NCBI GenBank assembly: GCA_033764315.1
Contig: JANRJA010000175.1
Coordinates: 1-55,111, forward strand
Source of the DNA: Oculatellaceae cyanobacterium bins.114
Lineage (GTDB): Bacteria; Cyanobacteriota; Cyanobacteriia; Elainellales; Elainellaceae
Reading direction: 5' to 3'
DNA length: 55,111 nucleotides
Part shown: positions 37,955 through 47,354 of the stretch, in pieces
How the letters are laid out: every line of letters begins with the position of its first letter
How positions within the stretch are numbered: the stretch's first letter is position 1
Program-made: the position numbers and the translations under genes
Notes under the pieces: generated by a model
Told to the model about the DNA's origin: nothing
What the model saw: only the letters and a program-made list of their open reading frames with translations
Database searches by the model: none

Positions 37955-38170
37955 ATGCCACTCTACACCTATTTGGGAGTGCAAACGGCAATTACTCTCC
38001 CACCTGCCAGCGAGGGAGAAACCCCTCAAGAAGTGCAGCTTATTCCCCACGCACAGGTGGAACTGCCTGAAGATTTGCCCTATGTGCAACGGGCGATCGC
38101 CAAAAATCTTTTAATCCCTGTGGAAGCTCCGAAGCCTGTTAAATCTCGCAAATCGGAGGCTGAAAGCTAA
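37955..38170 (+). CDS. Small tail-associated protein
   Basis: VELPEDLPYVQR; coupled to the sheath gene. Confidence 0.65.
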   Translation: MPLYTYLGVQTAITLPPASEGETPQEVQLIPHAQVELPEDLPYVQRAIAKNLLIPVEAPKPVKSRKSEAES

Positions 38171-39672
38171 TGGTTACAGCATTCCAGCATGGTGTTTCGA
38201 CAAGATATCTCGACAATGTTCCACGTCCAGTAACGGTTGTGCCCTCGGCGGCGATCGTCCTAATTGGTACGGTGCCAACTTATAAACTTGCAGTGGCTGA
38301 CAGGCACATCAACGACCCGGTACGCTGCCTTAACGATTTGGATGATGCTCAATTTGGGGGCGCAAAAACCCCAGGCTTCACGATTCCCTACGCTCTGGAT
38401 GCCATTCGTGACCACGGAGCTGGTACCGTGGACATCATCAACGTATTTGATGCGGCAACTCACAAGACAACTGCCCAGGCTATCTCCTACACCTTCCCGA
38501 CCACGGGAGCCAGTGCAGACAAAATTCAGCTCTTAAAAGTTAGTGGTACAGCTCCCTCTCAAACGGTTGTTGCAGGCACTCTCGCCGAAGGCTTAACAGG
38601 CACATTCACTGTTACAAACCAGGCAGGAACCACAACCTACGTCGCAACAACCGACTACACCTATAACGCCACAACCGGGCTATTAACTCGTGTTGTGGGA
38701 GGTGCGATCACCAGCGGGTTGCAGGTCGAAGTGACGTACACCTATGCTGACCCCAGCAAGGTGGTTGCAGCCGATATTGTGGGTGCAGTAGTAAGCGGCG
38801 ATCGCACTGGCTTGCAAGCAGCCCTAGATGTTTACCCTCTTAGAGGATATAGACCGAAAATCATCATCTGCCCTGGCTACTCAGAGCTGGCGACAGTCGC
38901 CACCGAAATGGGCGTCATGGCAAACAAACTTGAGGCTTATTACTGCCTCGATGCTCCAGCGAATGCAACTCGTGATGAGGCGATCGCTGGCAGGGCAGGC
39001 ACCGCACCTGTCACCACCTTTGGCACCGCCAATCGTCGCGCTATCCTTTGCTATCCCAGAGTGTTTGACTCTGAAGGGCTATCTCAGCCACTCTCTCAGT
39101 CTGTAGCGGGCGTAATCGCTGCAACTGATGAGGAGTTTGGCTATTGGTGGAGTCCATCCAATAAGCCAATTCAGGCGATTACAGGGCTAGAGCGAAGGCT
39201 GACGGCTGACTTTACCGACCCTAATACCGATGTAAATGCGCTCAACACCGCTGGCATCACAACGGTTTACAACGCTTTTGGAACGGGCTTTTTGCTGTGG
39301 GGCAACCGCTCGGCACTTTACCCAAGCGACACCACACCACTGAATTTCATTTCGGTGGGCAGGACACTTGATATCTTCCATGAATCGCTGCAACGGGCAT
39401 CACTGCCTTATGTCGATCGCCCCATCAATGACGCGCTGATCGATGCGATCGAGGCAACGGGCAACAACTTTATTGCTGAGCAGGTGATTTTAGGGGCACT
39501 ACTCCCTGGCTCACGACTCTACTATGAGCCTGCCCGGAACCCTGCTTCTCAGCTTGCAGCCGGGAAAATCGTTTTCAGCATCGTACTGATGATCCCAACT
39601 CCAGCGGAACACATCATCTACGAGTCCACACTCGACATCAACCTCTTGAATCTCTTAGGGCAAGGTGAGTAA
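38170..39672 (+). CDS. Tail sheath protein
   Basis: HGV, PKIIICPG, WWSPSN, LWGNRS. Confidence 0.95.
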   Translation: MVTAFQHGVSTRYLDNVPRPVTVVPSAAIVLIGTVPTYKLAVADRHINDPVRCLNDLDDAQFGGAKTPGFTIPYALDAIRDHGAGTVDIINVFDAATHKTTAQAISYTFPTTGASADKIQLLKVSGTAPSQTVVAGTLAEGLTGTFTVTNQAGTTTYVATTDYTYNATTGLLTRVVGGAITSGLQVEVTYTYADPSKVVAADIVGAVVSGDRTGLQAALDVYPLRGYRPKIIICPGYSELATVATEMGVMANKLEAYYCLDAPANATRDEAIAGRAGTAPVTTFGTANRRAILCYPRVFDSEGLSQPLSQSVAGVIAATDEEFGYWWSPSNKPIQAITGLERRLTADFTDPNTDVNALNTAGITTVYNAFGTGFLLWGNRSALYPSDTTPLNFISVGRTLDIFHESLQRASLPYVDRPINDALIDAIEATGNNFIAEQVILGALLPGSRLYYEPARNPASQLAAGKIVFSIVLMIPTPAEHIIYESTLDINLLNLLGQGE

Positions 39673-40190
39673 TGAGTAACAGCACAATTTACAAATTTGA
39701 TGGGGCGGTGCTGTGGCTCAATGGCACTTCTCTTGCTGGCTCAATCAATGAGATTGAGTTACCTGAGATTTCCTGGGATGCGATCGAGCATGAAACCATT
39801 GCCCTGATTGGTACACCTGAGTTTGCCAACAAGCTTGAAGCTCTGGAATGCACCATCACATGGGCATCCTATAGCCCTGAGATGGCAGAAGCCGCAGCCA
39901 ATGCATTTAAGGCGGTCAACTTGCAGCTCAGAGCCTCTATGGGTGAATACACGGTCAATGGAAAAACGGCTGACCGCTCTCTCAAGATAGACCTCACTGG
40001 ACGCTGCCTGAGTAACTCAATGGGCACCTTCAGCCCTGGCGAGATGGAAAGAGAGTCGATGTTCAAAATCGATTTTATTTCCGAACGGTGGAACAACCAG
40101 GAAGTTTTAGCGATCGGCATCAACCCGCCTATCTACCGGGTGAAAGGTCAGGATTTGCTGGCAGGGATGCGCCGCAATTTAGGCGGTTAA
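39672..40190 (+). CDS. Tail tube protein (P2 FII-like)
   Basis: EIELPEI...VKGQDLLAGMRRNLG. Confidence 0.9.
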   Translation: MSNSTIYKFDGAVLWLNGTSLAGSINEIELPEISWDAIEHETIALIGTPEFANKLEALECTITWASYSPEMAEAAANAFKAVNLQLRASMGEYTVNGKTADRSLKIDLTGRCLSNSMGTFSPGEMERESMFKIDFISERWNNQEVLAIGINPPIYRVKGQDLLAGMRRNLGG

Positions 40191-40251
40191 GGACGAGGCG
40201 ATCGCCCAGTCATCGACGAGTACGCAACTTTAGAAGATTTTGAGATAAGCC

Positions 40252-40599
40252 ATGAGTGACGCAGACGCAGCAGTATTGACCTTAAAAGACGGTCGAACCA
40301 TTGAGCAGATTGACGAAGAGGAACTGGACGGCGATCTCTATTTCCGATTTCAGCGGGAAAGCGTGAAACACAAAAACGCACCCGATGAAGCGATGAAGTG
40401 GTTGATGATGCGGCTTTTCACGGTTGGCGGTGAGCCATTGACAATCGATCATCTGACCGAGAAACCTTCCCAAGGTGGCTTAGGCTTTCGTGCCGTGGCT
40501 TCGCTTGGAAACCTGGCAGGGGAGTTTATTCAAGGCTTGCCAAACCCAAAGACACAATCCTCCTCAGTAAGTTCACAGGCTGGGGACTCGGAGAGCTAA
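40252..40599 (+). CDS. Tail assembly chaperone (gpE-like); -1 frameshift extension to 40706
   Basis: Between tube and tape measure; in-frame slippery C CCA AAG at 40545-40551. Confidence 0.75.
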   Translation: MSDADAAVLTLKDGRTIEQIDEEELDGDLYFRFQRESVKHKNAPDEAMKWLMMRLFTVGGEPLTIDHLTEKPSQGGLGFRAVASLGNLAGEFIQGLPNPKTQSSSVSSQAGDSES

Positions 40600-40837
40600 A
40601 AGCCGCGTCGATCGCTGAGCTGCGCTTCTGGACTAGGGAAGCGATCGCTCTACAAAAGGACATTGAAAAGGCTGAAAAAGAAGCTGAGAAAAAGGCGCGG
40701 AAGTAAATAAATAAATCCAACCAAACCCAATAATGGCAAGCATTTCAGCTTAAAATGGAGTAGCGGCGATCGCCAGTGTTGAAGCCACTGACGACAGCCT
40801 AACCCAGCAATGTTGAAGCCATTGGAGGGCTTGGTTT

Positions 40838-41038
40838 ATGGTACAAAAAATTGATTTAACAGATCAAAGATTTGGCAGCTTGCAGGTGATTCGGGAAGAT
40901 GAGAATACCGAATTTACAAGGGTTTCCTGGATTTGCAGGTGTGATTGTGGCAACACGGTCACAAGAACTGGCAAAAGCTTAAGAGCTGGCAGAACTAAAG
41001 ACTGTAGTCAAAAACAAGTAGGAAACCTGATACCGTAG
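40838..41038 (+). pseudogene. Truncated HNH/AP2-type homing endonuclease remnant
   Basis: IDLTDQRFGSLQVI...WICRCDCGN...LRAGRTKDC only; nuclease domain absent. Confidence 0.75.
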
Positions 41039-41052
41039 CTATCGGGTTTGTC

Positions 41053-43506
41053 GTGTCAGTTCAAGCTCTAGAGATCCTCATCCAAGCCACTAATGCCGCA
41101 AGCGGCCCGATTCGTGAGGTGCAGGAGCAAATTGATAAGCTCCAGCAAAATGCCAGAAATATCAGCGACGTAGGCGATCGCATCAGTGGCTTTGGACAGC
41201 AAATGACCCGCAATGTCACGGCTCCCATTGTGGCGGGTCTGGGGGCATCAGCTTATGCTGCCATTCAATTTGAATCAGCGATGGCTGATGTCAACAAGGC
41301 TTTTGGTCTGCAACGGGGCACTGAAGAGGCTGATGCGATGGCTCAATCCATTTTGAGGATGAGCCGCACACTGCCCTATAGCGCAGATGGATTGGCTCAG
41401 ATTGCAGCTGAGGCTGGAATGCTTGGGGTGAAAGCTCCCCAAATGCAAGATTTTGTGCAGCTCGTAGCCCAGATGGGAACTGCCTTCGACATGAGTTCTG
41501 CCCAGGCAGGGGAATCGATCGCCAAGCTTTCCAACGTTTTCGGCTACATGAATAGCCAAGGACAGGTTGATATCCAGGGGCTAAACAGCCTGGGTGACAC
41601 GATCAACTACCTTGCCGATAGTGGTGCAACCTCAGCCAACGACATCGTGAGCGCGATGACACGGATTGGGGGCACAACTCGAACCTTTGGGCTTGCCAAT
41701 AATGAGGCGGCTGCTCTGGCGACTTCCATGCTCAATTTGGGCAGACCTCCAGAAATTGTGGCGACGGCAATCAGCTCAATGCTCCCGGCTCTGCAAAACG
41801 CAACTGGGGGAACTGACAAGTTCCAGCAGGGCTTAGAGCGATTGGGGTTATCAGCCACCCAGATGGAGCAGAGCATCAGCCAGGATGCCAGCGGCGCAAT
41901 TCAAGACTTTTTTGGCAGGCTTAACAAGCTCGATTCTCAAACCCGCGTAAGAGCCATTTCTGAGATGTTTGGGACTGGCTCTGACAGCCAGATTGTTGCC
42001 CAACTTGCGGCGGATACCGGACAGCTAACTACTGCGTTTGCAGCACTCAATAACATTCCAGCAAGCGGGATGCTCAACGAATTTGAGAATCGCTCTGCCA
42101 CAACCGCCAACCAGATTCAGTTACTGAAAAACAACGTAATGGAGGCGGCAATCAACCTGGGTAGCGTACTTTTACCCGCAATTAATGGGATTATCAGCGC
42201 GATCGCACCGATGGTGAAAGGCTTTACTGATTTTGCCGCAGCTAATCCAGGCATTACCAAGCTTGCTGTGGCATTTGCTTTGGTACTCGCAGCCGTGGGG
42301 CCTTTATTAATCATCATTGGACAGATTATTAGCGCAATCAGCGCAATTGGCAGTGCGATCGCAGCGGTGCAGGGCTTTATGCTTCTGGTGTCTGCAATGG
42401 CGGCTGGGGCAGTGCCAGCGGCGGGATTTGCTGGGGCGGTTGCTGGGATTGCTACAGCGATCGCAGGCATCGGACTTGGCCCTATTTTGGCGATCGTTGC
42501 GGCTCTAGCCGGTGGAGCCTACCTCATCATCTCCAACTGGGGCGCGGTTAGCAGTTTCTTTCAAAGCACATTTGCAAGTATCGTGGCAGCGATTCAGCCT
42601 GTAGTAATGGCGATTATGCAATTTGCTCAAGGCTTTGCTCAAGGGTTCATGGATGGTATCCAGCCTGCCATCCCTGCCTTGATGCAGATTGGAACTGCAT
42701 TTCAGACCATGTTTACCGCACTCTGGCAAATGATAGTGGCGATCGCCCAGATTGTGATGGGCTTCATGCAGTTTGCTAATGCAGCGATGCAGCTAACCCC
42801 AATCGGGATGATGATCACAGCCATTGGCATGGCATTTAATAGTGCTGGGGTTTCGGTTGGCACATTTGGGGCAATGGTGGGTGCAGCTCTAGGGGCGGTG
42901 ATTAGTGCGATCGCCAACGTTGCAGCCCAGGCGATGACTCTTGTTGCCACCTTTGCCAGCGTCACCGCTTCTATAGTTGCCACTGTTAACGGCGTTGCGG
43001 GGCAGATGTTTGCAGCCGGAGTAAACATCGTCAATTCGATCGCCCAGGGTATTCGCTCGGCAATGGGTAGCGTGATGAGTGCTATTTCATCCGTCGCCAG
43101 TGCAGTACGCGGGGCGTTACCCTTCAGCCCTCCTGAATGGGGCCCTTTGAGCGACATCATGAGCAGCGGCGGCAACATCGTGAACTCGATCGCCAGCGGC
43201 ATTGTGCCAGGACCGCTCACAACTGCAATGGATACGGCTCTCTCGCCTATAGCTGGAATGATGCAGCCGGGTAGTGGGATACTGCCGACTCAATCAACCG
43301 GGGTAGGAATGGGGACTACAGGGGCGATCGCTCCCAGTGCAACAGGCAGCGGAATCAACCTGACCTATGCTCCCCAGGTGACAATAGGCGGCAATGGGGC
43401 TGAGGCTGAAGGTAACTTCGCCCAAATGCTCAATGAGCACAAGGACCAGATTTTAAGGCTCTTGCAAGGTGAGGAGCGTCGCAAGGAGCGTGTAGCGTAT
43501 GGTTGA
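41053..43506 (+). CDS. Tape measure protein (TP901-type core)
   Basis: FESAMADVNK, Ala/Gly-rich helical repeats. Confidence 0.93.
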   Translation: MSVQALEILIQATNAASGPIREVQEQIDKLQQNARNISDVGDRISGFGQQMTRNVTAPIVAGLGASAYAAIQFESAMADVNKAFGLQRGTEEADAMAQSILRMSRTLPYSADGLAQIAAEAGMLGVKAPQMQDFVQLVAQMGTAFDMSSAQAGESIAKLSNVFGYMNSQGQVDIQGLNSLGDTINYLADSGATSANDIVSAMTRIGGTTRTFGLANNEAAALATSMLNLGRPPEIVATAISSMLPALQNATGGTDKFQQGLERLGLSATQMEQSISQDASGAIQDFFGRLNKLDSQTRVRAISEMFGTGSDSQIVAQLAADTGQLTTAFAALNNIPASGMLNEFENRSATTANQIQLLKNNVMEAAINLGSVLLPAINGIISAIAPMVKGFTDFAAANPGITKLAVAFALVLAAVGPLLIIIGQIISAISAIGSAIAAVQGFMLLVSAMAAGAVPAAGFAGAVAGIATAIAGIGLGPILAIVAALAGGAYLIISNWGAVSSFFQSTFASIVAAIQPVVMAIMQFAQGFAQGFMDGIQPAIPALMQIGTAFQTMFTALWQMIVAIAQIVMGFMQFANAAMQLTPIGMMITAIGMAFNSAGVSVGTFGAMVGAALGAVISAIANVAAQAMTLVATFASVTASIVATVNGVAGQMFAAGVNIVNSIAQGIRSAMGSVMSAISSVASAVRGALPFSPPEWGPLSDIMSSGGNIVNSIASGIVPGPLTTAMDTALSPIAGMMQPGSGILPTQSTGVGMGTTGAIAPSATGSGINLTYAPQVTIGGNGAEAEGNFAQMLNEHKDQILRLLQGEERRKERVAYG

Positions 43507-43981
43507 TGCAGCTAAGCAGCCCAGCAAGAAGAAAGCCAATCAGCCCCCACTGTTTCTGTTGGGGGATATTGAGTTTGAGCTGATTGAAGCTCCCAAGGGA
43601 TTTAACTTCACCGAGAAATCGGTCTATTCAGAGCACCCCAAGATTGAGAAAAAGCCAGGACTGCAATGGGTGGGTGAGAACCTCAATGAGATCAGCATGG
43701 ATTTTCGCTTCGCCTCCCAGTGGGGTGACCCGGACGCACAGCTCAAACGGCTTCAGGCAGCGCGAGTGCAACACAAACCAATGGCTCTAATCCTTGGAAC
43801 AGGACGATTCCAGGGCAATTATGTGATCGAGGACATTCGCACAAATTTGCTCACTACTGACCAGCAGGGCAGGTTCGATCTGATTGAGGTGCAGGTGAAG
43901 CTCAAGGAAACCCTGACCAAACCCCCTGCCAATAAACCATTTGGCAGGTCGCCCTCACCATTTCAAAAACGGAGGCGCTGA
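43499..43981 (+). CDS. Tail protein (P2 gpU-like)
   Basis: LGDIEF...KPGLQWVGENL...GNYVI. Confidence 0.85.
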   Translation: MVDAAKQPSKKKANQPPLFLLGDIEFELIEAPKGFNFTEKSVYSEHPKIEKKPGLQWVGENLNEISMDFRFASQWGDPDAQLKRLQAARVQHKPMALILGTGRFQGNYVIEDIRTNLLTTDQQGRFDLIEVQVKLKETLTKPPANKPFGRSPSPFQKRRR

Positions 43982-44199
43982 TGGACTACACCGAATACAC
44001 CACAAGGCAAGGGCAACGGTGGGACACGATCGCCACCGAAACACTCAATGACCCTTATGGGTACCCTGCGATTATTGAACTCAACCCGCAGTGGAGAAAC
44101 AACTCCACGCTCCCAGGTAATGTGAAGCTACTGATTCCTGTGGTTGAGGCAACTGAAGTGGCGATCGCGGCTGAAAACTTACCCCCTTGGAAGCGTTGA
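43981..44199 (+). CDS. Tail protein X (LysM-like)
   Basis: YTTRQGQRWDTIA...LNP...LPPWKR. Confidence 0.88.
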   Translation: MDYTEYTTRQGQRWDTIATETLNDPYGYPAIIELNPQWRNNSTLPGNVKLLIPVVEATEVAIAAENLPPWKR

Positions 44200-44829
44200 A
44201 CGATGCTGAACAGGAGTAGTCAGGGCTTTTTCTACGCCCCATCCGGCTTTCAATCGATAGTGCAGTGTTGTGAACGGTATTTGAAGTCTTTCAGACCAGT
44301 CCCCCAGCACCAATGTTTCGCCTTCAAACGTGATCCAGCGATTATTTCTCATGTTCCGGTTCTGCTCTCCTCTCGTAGCCCATTTGCAATTTTCTGGAGA
44401 ATAGTCTCCATCGCTGTCAATACGCTCAATGGAATGATTCTTGGTTGGACGCTTTCCCATGTCAGCCAAAAAATTCTCAAAGCTATTTGCCCAGCGATCG
44501 CACACCTTTATTCCCCGACCGCCATAGTTTTTATACTCTTTGGCACGAACATTGTTGCAGCGTTTCTTTATATTTTTCCAAGCCGTGTACTCTGCCGTGA
44601 CAACATCATTGTGTGTGCATCCATGAGTCGTATGAAGTCGTCGCATAAAACATCCACGGCATTTGTTGTTAGCTCCACTGCGAAGTCCGTCAAGCCGAAT
44701 CTCTTTTTCTTTGCCGCAGTCAGTGCATTTGCAAAGAATGTAACGCCTTCGCCTATCCGCTTTCTGAGACTCCTGAATAACCTCCCAGTCTCCAAAGATA
44801 TCGCCGGGTTGAACGTAAAATTTAATCAT
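44179..44829 (-). CDS. Free-standing HNH homing endonuclease, antisense within the tail operon
   Basis: CKCTDCG, YKNYGGRGIKVCDRW, SIERIDSDGDYSPENCKWAT. Confidence 0.9.
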   Translation of the reverse strand: MIKFYVQPGDIFGDWEVIQESQKADRRRRYILCKCTDCGKEKEIRLDGLRSGANNKCRGCFMRRLHTTHGCTHNDVVTAEYTAWKNIKKRCNNVRAKEYKNYGGRGIKVCDRWANSFENFLADMGKRPTKNHSIERIDSDGDYSPENCKWATRGEQNRNMRNNRWITFEGETLVLGDWSERLQIPFTTLHYRLKAGWGVEKALTTPVQHRSTLPRG

Positions 44830-44954
44830 GCTGTGACTCCTGTTAGCCATAGAGGACTGGGTGTTAGCGCACCGCGAGTCCATAAACTACGTTTATTTTA
44901 CCTCAAAGCCTTGCTGTGTAATGGTTTCAGCATTTAACAACACTAAGAATTTAC

Positions 44955-45974
44955 ATGGCTAAAGTTCCTATCTTTAAGCTCAAATATCAAGGCAAGGACA
45001 TAACCCAAAATATCAAGCCGCTGACAACCTCCATTGCTTACACAGATAAGTTGGAAGGAAGTAGCGATGAGATTGAGGTGTCTCTAGACAATGCGGATCT
45101 TCGGTGGATGGATTCGTGGCTTCCCAAGGAGGGAGATTTAATCACGCTGCAAATGGGCTACGAGGGTGAGGTGCTGTTTCCAGAGGTGAACGGGGAGATT
45201 GATGAACCGGAATACCAGGGGCCACCTGATACACTCAGACTGCAAGCACAAGCCACACCCATCACCGCGAGCTTGAGGCAGAGACGAACTCAAGCCTACG
45301 AAAAGACTACACTGAGGGCGATCGCCCAACAGATTGCTGGGCGACACGGGCTAGAGCTGGTGGGCAACGTACCCGATCTGAGGCTGGAACGAGTGACTCA
45401 GAAGGAGCAAACTGATTTGGAGTTTCTTTTGGAGCAAAGCCAGGAGTATGGGCTTGTTTTCAAAATTGAGGGAGCTAAGCGGCTCGTGTTCTACAAGATT
45501 GAGGACCTGGAAAAAGCCCCTGCTGTGTTGACGCTCGATCGCACTGACCTGCGGAGCTATCGCCTGACCCGCAAAACTAAGGGCACGTACAAAGCCGCCA
45601 AAATCAAGTACTACAACCCTGCAACGGGCAAATATATTGAGGTAACGATCGATGCTAATGGCAGCGTATTGCCCAAACCGAAAGAGGGTGATCAGGAGCA
45701 AGCGGTGGGAGATATCCTCAACATCCGCGAGCGAGTTGAGAACTTGGATCAGGCAAAGGAACGGGCTAAAGAAGCTCTGAGGCGAGAAAATAGCAATCGG
45801 ATTGAGCTAGATATCGACCTTGAGGGCAATGTAGTCTTAGCCGCTGGCATCAACTTCAACCTAACTAGCTTCAAGAAGTTCGACGGCAAGTTCATGATCG
45901 AGCAAGTGAAGCACAGCCTGACCAAACGTCAGGGCTATCAATGCAGTGTCAAAGGTAGGAGGGTAGAGCAGTGA
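44955..45974 (+). CDS. Baseplate hub / late control protein gpD
   Basis: YTDKLEGSSDEI, QTDLEFL. Confidence 0.9.
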   Translation: MAKVPIFKLKYQGKDITQNIKPLTTSIAYTDKLEGSSDEIEVSLDNADLRWMDSWLPKEGDLITLQMGYEGEVLFPEVNGEIDEPEYQGPPDTLRLQAQATPITASLRQRRTQAYEKTTLRAIAQQIAGRHGLELVGNVPDLRLERVTQKEQTDLEFLLEQSQEYGLVFKIEGAKRLVFYKIEDLEKAPAVLTLDRTDLRSYRLTRKTKGTYKAAKIKYYNPATGKYIEVTIDANGSVLPKPKEGDQEQAVGDILNIRERVENLDQAKERAKEALRRENSNRIELDIDLEGNVVLAAGINFNLTSFKKFDGKFMIEQVKHSLTKRQGYQCSVKGRRVEQ

Positions 45975-46459
45975 AATCAAAGCCAGAGCAGAGTAGTAAG
46001 GGGCAATCTTCGCTGCACTTTGGCACGATTGAGGAGGTCTACCCCAACGGCACAGCGCGGGTAAAACTTGAAGACATGGACGGCATGACCACGATGCCCA
46101 TTCCAGTTGGGCATCACAACTCGTTTGAGCGCATTTGGTACTGGATGCCCAGCGTCGGACAGCCGGTGGCTTGCCTTATGGACGAAAAAGGGGAGGCTGG
46201 GGTGGTTTTGTGCGGCATCTACACGGAATCAAATCCGCCGCCTGTTGAGGATTTAAACAAGTTTCATTTCAAGTTTGGGGATATTGAAATCACTGGAGAT
46301 GTGACTACTGGGGTGATTGAGGCGAATTTCACCCGGATCGACATCACCAACCCAACCGAAAGTACCATTAACGGGAAGGCGATCGCGGTGGTCGGAGCCG
46401 TTGACTCAGACGGTGAATCAGATGGACCTGATACCCTTGTGACAAGTGGACAGCTTTGA
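45971..46459 (+). CDS. Baseplate spike gpV
   Basis: ARVKLED...WMPSVGQPVACL...GVVLCGIY. Confidence 0.88.
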   Translation: MKSKPEQSSKGQSSLHFGTIEEVYPNGTARVKLEDMDGMTTMPIPVGHHNSFERIWYWMPSVGQPVACLMDEKGEAGVVLCGIYTESNPPPVEDLNKFHFKFGDIEITGDVTTGVIEANFTRIDITNPTESTINGKAIAVVGAVDSDGESDGPDTLVTSGQL

Positions 46460-46769
46460 TATTGATAAATTAATTGCGGCAAGAGACGTGGCTAGGGCAA
46501 ACAAGAATTACGCCTTAGCCGACGAGTTACGATCGCAGGCTTTAGAACTCGGCTGGCAACTGATAGATAGTAGCGAAGGGACTAAGGCGATCGCTCTCAT
46601 CAAAAAGTTTGGCTGGCGCGACGACTGGTACAAGCAGTATTTCTACACGGTTCGTCGAAACGAGCTGACTCGAACCTGGTGCGACACATTTGTCAGGAAA
46701 AACGGCAGCAAAACGGCAATTGTCGGCGGCTGGATAGAAGAGGGATGGCAGGAGGGCGATCGCCCCTAG
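46446..46769 (+). CDS. Protein with CysRS C-terminal (anticodon-binding)-like domain
   Basis: IDKLIAARDVARANKNYALADELRSQALELGWQLIDSSEGT. Confidence 0.7.
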   Translation: MDSFDIDKLIAARDVARANKNYALADELRSQALELGWQLIDSSEGTKAIALIKKFGWRDDWYKQYFYTVRRNELTRTWCDTFVRKNGSKTAIVGGWIEEGWQEGDRP

Positions 46770-46904
46770 TCTTGTCACGACTCCAGTACCCTGCGCGTTC
46801 GTCAGGGCTTCCCAAAAGGCTTTGACATGCCACTGGCTGAGGCGATCGCAAGCGATACCCGAAGGATCGCCACGCCCATCCTAACCTGTAGGAATCCTAC
46901 GGGC

Positions 46905-47354
46905 ATGGTAGATCCAATCCGCTCACACCCCGATAACACCACCTTAGATAACTGGTGGCAAACCAAACTCACCCAAGCCCCTGAAATCCTCAATCAGAAC
47001 GGGATAGACGCACTTTGGTGGGGATTTGAGTTGTTTGGCGATGGCATCGTGCAGGATGCTGCCGAGCTTAATCAAACTATTAAAATTGTGCTTTCAACTC
47101 AGCAGGGAAGCGACTTACATCGCCCTGAATTTAGCTCTGGGATTTGGAATTTTATCGACTATCCAATCCCTCGCGCTACGCCTTTTGTGGTGAGAGATTC
47201 GGTGCAGGCGATCGCTACTTGGGAGCCAAGAGTAAGCCTAGATACTGTCTCTGTGCAGCCTTACAGCCCTGGCATTTCAGGGCTAATGGTCAATGCTCAG
47301 TGGGCGATCGCAGAGACTGACGTAACAGGACAAACGGAGGTGGAGATTGGTTAG
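46905..47354 (+). CDS. Baseplate wedge gpW/gp25
   Basis: LSTQQGSDLHRPEF...WEPRV. Confidence 0.88.
   Translation: MVDPIRSHPDNTTLDNWWQTKLTQAPEILNQNGIDALWWGFELFGDGIVQDAAELNQTIKIVLSTQQGSDLHRPEFSSGIWNFIDYPIPRATPFVVRDSVQAIATWEPRVSLDTVSVQPYSPGISGLMVNAQWAIAETDVTGQTEVEIG

Noticed and set aside
44203..44937. 244-aa plus-strand ORF
   Set aside because: Antisense shadow of the clearly recognisable HNH endonuclease
44179..44950. Group I intron around the HNH gene
   Set aside because: The flanking tail X and gpD genes are intact and the HNH is antisense and intergenic; no intron core was recognised
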